From NCBI GenBank assembly GCA_051532035.1, contig JAOPTW010000056.1, positions 1-64,000 on the forward strand: 64,000 nucleotides of DNA, in the 5' to 3' direction. The stretch comes from Fibrobacterales bacterium. Lineage in GTDB: Bacteria; Fibrobacterota; Fibrobacteria; Fibrobacterales; JAOPTW01. A model generated the notes under the pieces. That model worked only from the letters and a program-made list of their open reading frames with translations, was not told where the DNA came from and searched no databases. The position numbers were made by a program, and so were the translations under genes. Of the stretch, positions 58,035-64,000 are shown piece after piece (the stretch's first letter is position 1; every line of letters starts with the position of its first letter).

Positions 58035-59124
58035 ATGGCATTACAAGTATTTACCGAGATCACAGAACGACTCGGAAATTTACGGAGGTATCTTTGACCT
58101 GGACACAATGCGTGAACAGGTAAAAGTGATGGAGCAGGATTCAACTGCTCCAGATTTCTGGGATAATAACGAAAAAGCTCAGACTCATTTAAAAAAAATT
58201 AAGACCTTGAAAGATTGGATTGAACCCTGGGATCAAGTCAGTGGTGATAGTGACGATTTCTCAGAAATGTATGACCTCGCGAAAGAAGAGGGTGATGCTG
58301 AAACAATGGACTCAATCTTACATGATGTAGAGTCTATGAAGAAAACACTCTCTGAATTAGAACTGCGTAGAATGCTCAGTGGCGAAGATGATGACAAAGC
58401 TGCTGTCATGACTATTAACCCTGGTTCTGGTGGTACCGAGTCACAAGATTGGGCAGAGATGCTTGTTCGTATGTACCGTCGCTTTTTTGAAAAAGAAGGC
58501 ATGAACTGTAAGGTGCTTGAATATCAAGAAGGTGAAGAAGCGGGAATAAAGTCGGTAACGATGGAGATTGACTCTGAATATGCATATGGGTATCTTCGCT
58601 CCGAAGTAGGAGTTCATCGGTTAGTGCGTATTTCACCATTTGATTCAAATGCACGACGGCATACCTCATTTGCTGGGGTCTTTTTATATCCGATACTCGA
58701 AGATATTGATTTTGACATTCAAGACAGTGATGTACGGGTTGATACCTACAGGGCGAGTGGTGCTGGTGGACAGCATATTAATAAAACAGACTCTGCGGTA
58801 CGTATGACACATATTCCAACAGGTAAAGTGTCGACTTGTCAAAGTGAGCGTTCACAGATACAGAATAGAGAGAAGGCCAAAAAAATTCTTGAAACGATTG
58901 TCTATCAGCATTATCGTGATGAAGAAGAGGCTAAGCGAGATTCAAAGCTTGCAGAAAAGAAAAAAATTGAGTGGGGGAGTCAAATACGCAATTATGTTTT
59001 GCATCCCTACACTATGGTAAAAGATGCGAGAACAGCAACAGAGAGTTCTGATGCAAGTGGTGTTCTCGATGGAAATATAAAGAACTTTATAGAGTCTTAT
59101 TTACTGGCAACAGGAGAAGAGTAA
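58035..59124 (+). CDS. prfB: Peptide chain release factor 2, with programmed +1 frameshift
   Basis: 20-codon first ORF from ATG 58035 ending CTT TGA C (58092-58098) after an internal SD GGAGG; +1 frame has SPF and GGQ. Confidence 0.97.
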
Positions 59125-59125
59125 C

Positions 59126-60628
59126 ATGGCAATGGAAAAAAATGATCAGGTAGAGGCGCGGTTAGTTAAACTAGAGAAATATCGTGAGATGGGGGTAAAT
59201 CCTTATCCCTATAAGTTTGACATGTCTCATAGTTCTAAACAACTTTTCGATGAACGAGAGTCATTGAACGATTCAGAGACCGTTGTGAGTTTTGCAGGCC
59301 GTGTTGTCCGGTATAATCGTAAGGGCAAAATGTGTTTTATGCATTTGAAAGATCAATTTGGTAGAATGCAGGTTGTCGCTGCAAAAAATCTTGTTGGTGA
59401 AGAGAACTATGAAGTAGTAAAACTCTTTGATATTGGAGACTGGGTTGGTGTTGAAGGGACTTTATTTACCACTCAGAAGGGTGAATATAGTGTTAAAGCA
59501 ACAAACATGCAGATCCTTTCAAAGGCGGTACGCCCCCTTCCTATTCCTAAAGAAAAGAGAAATGAAGATGGTACCGTTACCGTGTTTGATGAATTTAAAG
59601 ATGTTGAGACACGGTATCGTCAGCGCTATATTGATCTTACCTTAAACGATTCAGTACGTGAGGTGTTTTTTAAACGTACCAAAATAGTTCAATCAATTCG
59701 TGACTATCTTATCGGCTTTAATTACATGGAGGTTGAAACTCCCGTTCTCCAATCGATTTATGGTGGAGCGAATGCACGTCCATTTACTACTCATCACAAT
59801 GCTGCAGGTCTTGAACTTTATATGCGTGTTTCAAATGAGCTTTATTTGAAACGTTGTATCGTTGGTGGACTCGAACGGGTATTTGAGTTTGCAAAAGATT
59901 TTAGAAATGAAGGAATGGATAAAACCCATAATCCTGAATTTACTCTTCTTGAATTTTATGAAGCGTACGCCGATTATAATGATATGATGGTACACTTTGA
60001 GACGATTTATGAAAAAGCCTGTATCGCTGCAAATGGTACAACAAAAATTAATTTTCAAGGCCAAGAGATTGATGTTAAAGCACCATGGCCACGGTTAACC
60101 TGTTACGAAGCAATTGAAAAATTTGCAGATATTAAGGTTGAAGCGTTAAGCGATGATGAGTTAAAAGGCGAAATCGATAAACATGAAATTCATATGGATG
60201 GAGAGTTTTCTCGAGGACGTGCAATATTGGCTCTCTTTGAAGAGCTCTGTGAAGATAAGCTGATTCAACCACACTTCATAATTGATTTTCCTAAAGAGTC
60301 TACACCACTCTGTAAGGTACACCGTTCAAATCCTGATTTGGTTGAACAGTTTGAGCCATACATCAATGGTTGGGAAGTGGGTAATGCCTACTCTGAGCTT
60401 AATGACCCAATTAAACAACGTGAAGCATTTGAAGATCAAGTTGAACGAGGTCGCGGTGGTGAAGATGAAACACACCCTCTTGATGAAAACTTCTTGCACT
60501 CAATTGAAAGTGGTATGCCACCAACAGGTGGGGTAGGTATTGGTATAGACCGAATGGTGATGCTCTTAACGGATTCGCCAACGATTCGAGATGTACTCCT
60601 CTTTCCACTTATGAAACCGGAATCATAA
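59126..60628 (+). CDS. lysS: Lysine-tRNA ligase (class II)
   Basis: RYRQRY; GGANARPF; FRNEG; HNPEFT; GMPPTGGVGIGIDR. Confidence 0.98.
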   Translation: MAMEKNDQVEARLVKLEKYREMGVNPYPYKFDMSHSSKQLFDERESLNDSETVVSFAGRVVRYNRKGKMCFMHLKDQFGRMQVVAAKNLVGEENYEVVKLFDIGDWVGVEGTLFTTQKGEYSVKATNMQILSKAVRPLPIPKEKRNEDGTVTVFDEFKDVETRYRQRYIDLTLNDSVREVFFKRTKIVQSIRDYLIGFNYMEVETPVLQSIYGGANARPFTTHHNAAGLELYMRVSNELYLKRCIVGGLERVFEFAKDFRNEGMDKTHNPEFTLLEFYEAYADYNDMMVHFETIYEKACIAANGTTKINFQGQEIDVKAPWPRLTCYEAIEKFADIKVEALSDDELKGEIDKHEIHMDGEFSRGRAILALFEELCEDKLIQPHFIIDFPKESTPLCKVHRSNPDLVEQFEPYINGWEVGNAYSELNDPIKQREAFEDQVERGRGGEDETHPLDENFLHSIESGMPPTGGVGIGIDRMVMLLTDSPTIRDVLLFPLMKPES

Positions 60629-60664
60629 AAAAAGCGACTCTCTATTCAGAGAGTCGCTTTTTTA
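60627..60664. terminator. Bidirectional terminator
   Basis: AAAAAAGCGACTCTCT-ATTC-AGAGAGTCGCTTTTTT. Confidence 0.9.
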
Positions 60665-60675
60665 TGAGTATTTTT

Positions 60676-61077
60676 TTAAAAGTTCATACTTGCTGGAGGG
60701 GGTGAACCACCCCAAGGGTCGCCTTCAAAGCTCGCTACTACAAGAGGTACCTGACCTAAAATCTTCTTCTCAGATGCTTTAAAAATAATGCGTGTTACCA
60801 GTTTCCCCTTCTTGGTATAGTACTCCCAAACGTGACCATTTTTCTTCTCAATATCTGGTGGTCCCCATAAGAAACGTACTAATACTTGAGTCATGCCTTC
60901 AACGGCATACCCTTTAAGAAAAGCATTTTTAATTTTCTGGTCAACTCCATATCCTTCTTGTTTTACTTCGTAGGGTCGCTCATCTGGTGCAACGCCACGT
61001 TTTGCAAGAATAGGTGATTTGTGTGATGAACAGCCGAGAAATAAGAATATTCCTGAGATAAGAATAGCTAGTTTCAT
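60676..61077 (-). CDS. Lipoprotein with SmpA/OmlA-like motif
   Basis: FLGC lipobox; GMTQVLVRFLWGPP...WEY. Confidence 0.6.
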   Translation of the reverse strand: MKLAILISGIFLFLGCSSHKSPILAKRGVAPDERPYEVKQEGYGVDQKIKNAFLKGYAVEGMTQVLVRFLWGPPDIEKKNGHVWEYYTKKGKLVTRIIFKASEKKILGQVPLVVASFEGDPWGGSPPPASMNF

Positions 61078-61307
61078 TCAGTCTCCTTTAGCTCGATAGC
61101 AAGTGTATGTTTCTTGTTTGTGTTTCATAATATATTAAATTCGGATCTCATGTGCTCTCTAAACAACTATTTTTCTGAGTCACTCTTATTGTTTGTTGAT
61201 TAGAGTAAGTGAAAGTGACCTTGAATCAGGTTTTTAGAAGACTCCTTCTGTGAATCACTGGTGAATAAAGTACATTTTGATGAAAGTATTCCGAGTACCC
61301 TAAGTAT

Positions 61308-62246
61308 ATGCATTGTAGATATTTTATTGTAATTGTATTCATCACGGTATCAGTTACCTTTGCTCAGAGATTTGAATCATTTCGCCAGCTTTCATTTGGC
61401 AATAATCTATCGACTGAACTGTTTTTAGGATCTTCGCCTTATGTGATGAAGACCCTTCCTGATGTAGATATGAATCTTTCTTATACATGGATTGAACCGA
61501 CATTTCAAAAGAGTCACTGGTTATTAAGAGAGTCTCATTTGCGCTTTGGTATTGACTATACTCAATCTCCGTGGTTTTCTCGAATTGGTACAGACCTCGG
61601 TATTAAAATATCAGAATTTTTTGAATTTCAAATTGGGTATTCATCGCTCTTTTATCTGCAAAGTAGTATTGAACTTGCGCCTTCAGAGAATAGGGTGCAG
61701 AAGTGGAATAGTGAGTTAGTTCGTGAATCCCTGTATCAACGAGATGCTTTTGATAATCTACAAGCGGTTAACTCAAAGGCTCGGTTTACACTTGACTATA
61801 CTGAATGGCTTTTTGTTGCTGAGATAGAACACTTACTTATTGATATTAATACCAGTAACAATGGGTATAATTATGATTTCTATTATGGAATACCGGTGTA
61901 TGAGCGAGATCAAGTGGTAACCCTTATCATTGACTTTCGGTATAATATATTAGAAAGCCCTTTTGACCTCTTTATTAGCAATCGTTATGTAAGTAAAGGA
62001 TTTAAAAATGGCCTTTGGAAACGGTATGATGATACGGGACTGAATAAGAATTCATATAGGATAGGTACTATCTACCATCTTGACTCTAGAGGGAGTTGTA
62101 ATCGGTTTATTTTTGGTGTTGATATTGTCTATAAAAATTCAGAATATCTAGACGAACAAAATCATCTTGTGCGTAACGAAGTGACAGGCAAAGATAAATA
62201 CTATATCTATTTAGCCTATCAGAATGATCTTCCTTTTCTTAATTAG
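61308..62246 (+). CDS. Exported hypothetical protein, probable outer-membrane beta-barrel
   Basis: Signal peptide; aromatic-rich alternating strands. Confidence 0.55.
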   Translation: MHCRYFIVIVFITVSVTFAQRFESFRQLSFGNNLSTELFLGSSPYVMKTLPDVDMNLSYTWIEPTFQKSHWLLRESHLRFGIDYTQSPWFSRIGTDLGIKISEFFEFQIGYSSLFYLQSSIELAPSENRVQKWNSELVRESLYQRDAFDNLQAVNSKARFTLDYTEWLFVAEIEHLLIDINTSNNGYNYDFYYGIPVYERDQVVTLIIDFRYNILESPFDLFISNRYVSKGFKNGLWKRYDDTGLNKNSYRIGTIYHLDSRGSCNRFIFGVDIVYKNSEYLDEQNHLVRNEVTGKDKYYIYLAYQNDLPFLN

Positions 62247-62254
62247 TAAAAGAG

Positions 62255-62893
62255 TTACTTTCTAGAAAGAAGTAGCTTTAATAGTGCATCTCTTGTATTT
62301 ACTGCAATATTTTCAATATGGATAATTGCACGTTTCGAACTGTTATTAACATCCTCAACGCGTATGGTTTGAGGAACTCGGTATCCATGAAAATCATTAT
62401 AGTCTGAGAAGGTCATGATTTTGCTCAGCTCTTTCTTATGTGAGTAGAGTTTTAAGGAGTTGGGGCGAGTAATAACCTTTGTATATGATGATGAGTAAGT
62501 GAATACTGAATCATTTTTTGGGAGCCCAAAATTAAACTCTGTTATGAGTCGAAGGTCTTCTAACTGTAAAACTGAACCCATGAGTGACTCTCTAAAATGG
62601 TGTAAGGCAAGAAGTCGGTAGGCATCTGCATCTTCAAATTCATGACGAACGAGGAGTGAATCGAAAATTATTCTTTCGTGTACTCTGCCATTAGTGTCTT
62701 TAATGATGAATTGATCTTTCGGTTGGTGATTGGTATGTTCCCAATAAATAAAAAATTTATGATAGAGCATGTTGTCGTCAAAATATTCCACTGATGCCAC
62801 AGCTGACGTCTCGAGAGGAGGCCATTTGTCTAACGACCCCGATGCATTGAGGATAGAAAAAGTGAATACGATCAGAATGAGTAGTTTTATCAT
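62255..62893 (-). CDS. Exported hypothetical protein (possible LolA-like fold)
   Basis: Signal peptide; F.DY....G..VP..I motif near the C-terminus. Confidence 0.5.
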   Translation of the reverse strand: MIKLLILIVFTFSILNASGSLDKWPPLETSAVASVEYFDDNMLYHKFFIYWEHTNHQPKDQFIIKDTNGRVHERIIFDSLLVRHEFEDADAYRLLALHHFRESLMGSVLQLEDLRLITEFNFGLPKNDSVFTYSSSYTKVITRPNSLKLYSHKKELSKIMTFSDYNDFHGYRVPQTIRVEDVNNSSKRAIIHIENIAVNTRDALLKLLLSRK

Positions 62894-63288
62894 AATTTAA
62901 ACTGTCGCTTGGTTATGCAAAAGTGTGCCAGAATACCATTAAATATACATTTATATTAGTCCCACAGTTGTTGAAGATACTTGAGAGAGGCTTCATTGCT
63001 GTGTAACGTCCTTTATAAACTATAGTATATCAAATAATAATAGTTTGAGCCAGCACATTTGGTATTGCGTATACAGTTCAGATTAGAATTTTGGCGGAAT
63101 TCTAGTCCATTGGGAGAGTGGCAATAAAATCCAAAGGCTTCCGAAGCGAGGAACTCTTTTCGGAATGCATCAATAATTAGTATATACAGTATACCAGATA
63201 GATTGACTGTGCTGACTCAAGGTTTGAGAAATTCTCCCCGAGCTCGCTGGGTAGGATGGGAGAGATGCGAGCTCAGGGAAAAAGAGTG

Positions 63289-64000
63289 TTATTCTGCGCT
63301 TGTTTCATCTGAAAGTTCGATACGTTCTTCTGCATCAAACATTTCAATATCACTCATAGATTCACGAATTTTGAGTTCAATATCGGCACGGATATCTTTA
63401 TTTTCTTTGAGGAACTGGCGAACATTTTCGCGCCCTTGACCAAGTCGTTCACTGCCGAAAGAGAACCAAGTACCACTGCGTTGTACGATTTCAAGGTCGA
63501 CAGCCATATCGAGAATTGAGCCCTCTTTAGAGATTCCTTCACCGTAGAGAATGTCAAATTCACACTGGGTAAAGGGAGCGGCAAGTTTGTTTTTTACTAC
63601 TTTGACGCGAGTACGGTTACCAGTAACATCTTCGCCGGTTTTGAGAGAGGCAATGCGTCTGATATCGAGGCGTTGTGATGCATAAAATTTAAGTGCATTA
63701 CCACCAGTTGTTGTCTCTGGATTACCAAACATAACACCAATTTTCATACGGAGTTGGTTGATAAAAATGAGTGAGCAGTTTGATTTGGCGATGATGCCTG
63801 TGAGTTTTCTGAGTGCTTGCGACATGAGTCGTGCTTGAAGACCCATGTGTGAGTCACCCATTTCACCATCAATCTCGGCTTGTGGTACAAGAGCGGCAAC
63901 TGAGTCCACTACAATGATATCCACAGCACCTGATCGAACGAGTGTTTCAGTGATATCAAGTGCTTGTTCACCTGATTCTGGTTGAGACACGAGAAGGTTT
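63289..64000 (-). CDS. recA: Recombinase RecA (5' part outside the window)
   Basis: [58 protein letters not shown]. Confidence 0.99.
   Translation of the reverse strand, partial: NLLVSQPESGEQALDITETLVRSGAVDIIVVDSVAALVPQAEIDGEMGDSHMGLQARLMSQALRKLTGIIAKSNCSLIFINQLRMKIGVMFGNPETTTGGNALKFYASQRLDIRRIASLKTGEDVTGNRTRVKVVKNKLAAPFTQCEFDILYGEGISKEGSILDMAVDLEIVQRSGTWFSFGSERLGQGRENVRQFLKENKDIRADIELKIRESMSDIEMFDAEERIELSDETSAE

Noticed and set aside
62916..62930. Sigma54 promoter TGGCAC...TTGCA on the minus strand
   Set aside because: GG-to-GC spacing is 9 nt rather than the required 10.

Overview
64 kb of a low-to-moderate GC bacterial chromosome, most likely a free-living, chemotactic member of Fibrobacterota (FCB group). 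This is inferred from Ser-rich lipoprotein linkers, a modular GH9 with the GGWYDCGD motif, and T9SS-like C-terminal domains ending G-[YL]-x-R. The left third is accessory: a repeat/hairpin-rich non-coding tract (1-920), tandem lipoprotein paralogs, a ferredoxin/Crp-Fnr pair with a perfect FNR box, a porin-MCP-MCP-cheW operon, a lipase, a GH9 and an ABC exporter. The rest is mostly housekeeping: aroKB, aroE, hflX, guaA, pepA, rpmE, prfC, murU/amgK-like, glgB, tRNA-Val/Asp/Asp, HD phosphodiesterase, phoH, aspS, yicC, a methylthiotransferase, prfB with its +1 frameshift, lysS and partial recA. Best new leads: (1) an unannotated ~95-nt transcript (sRNA or leaderless 15-aa peptide) with a perfect CRP box at -41.5, a -10 box and its own terminator; (2) a DUF3098-like CDS whose stop codon lies inside tRNA-Val; (3) an archaeal/eukaryotic-type (e-MtaB-like) tRNA methylthiotransferase; (4) a porin co-encoded with chemoreceptors, one carrying two periplasmic CZB domains; (5) a densely structured non-coding tract containing an attC-like site. 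All family calls are from motif recognition by eye; no searches were run.
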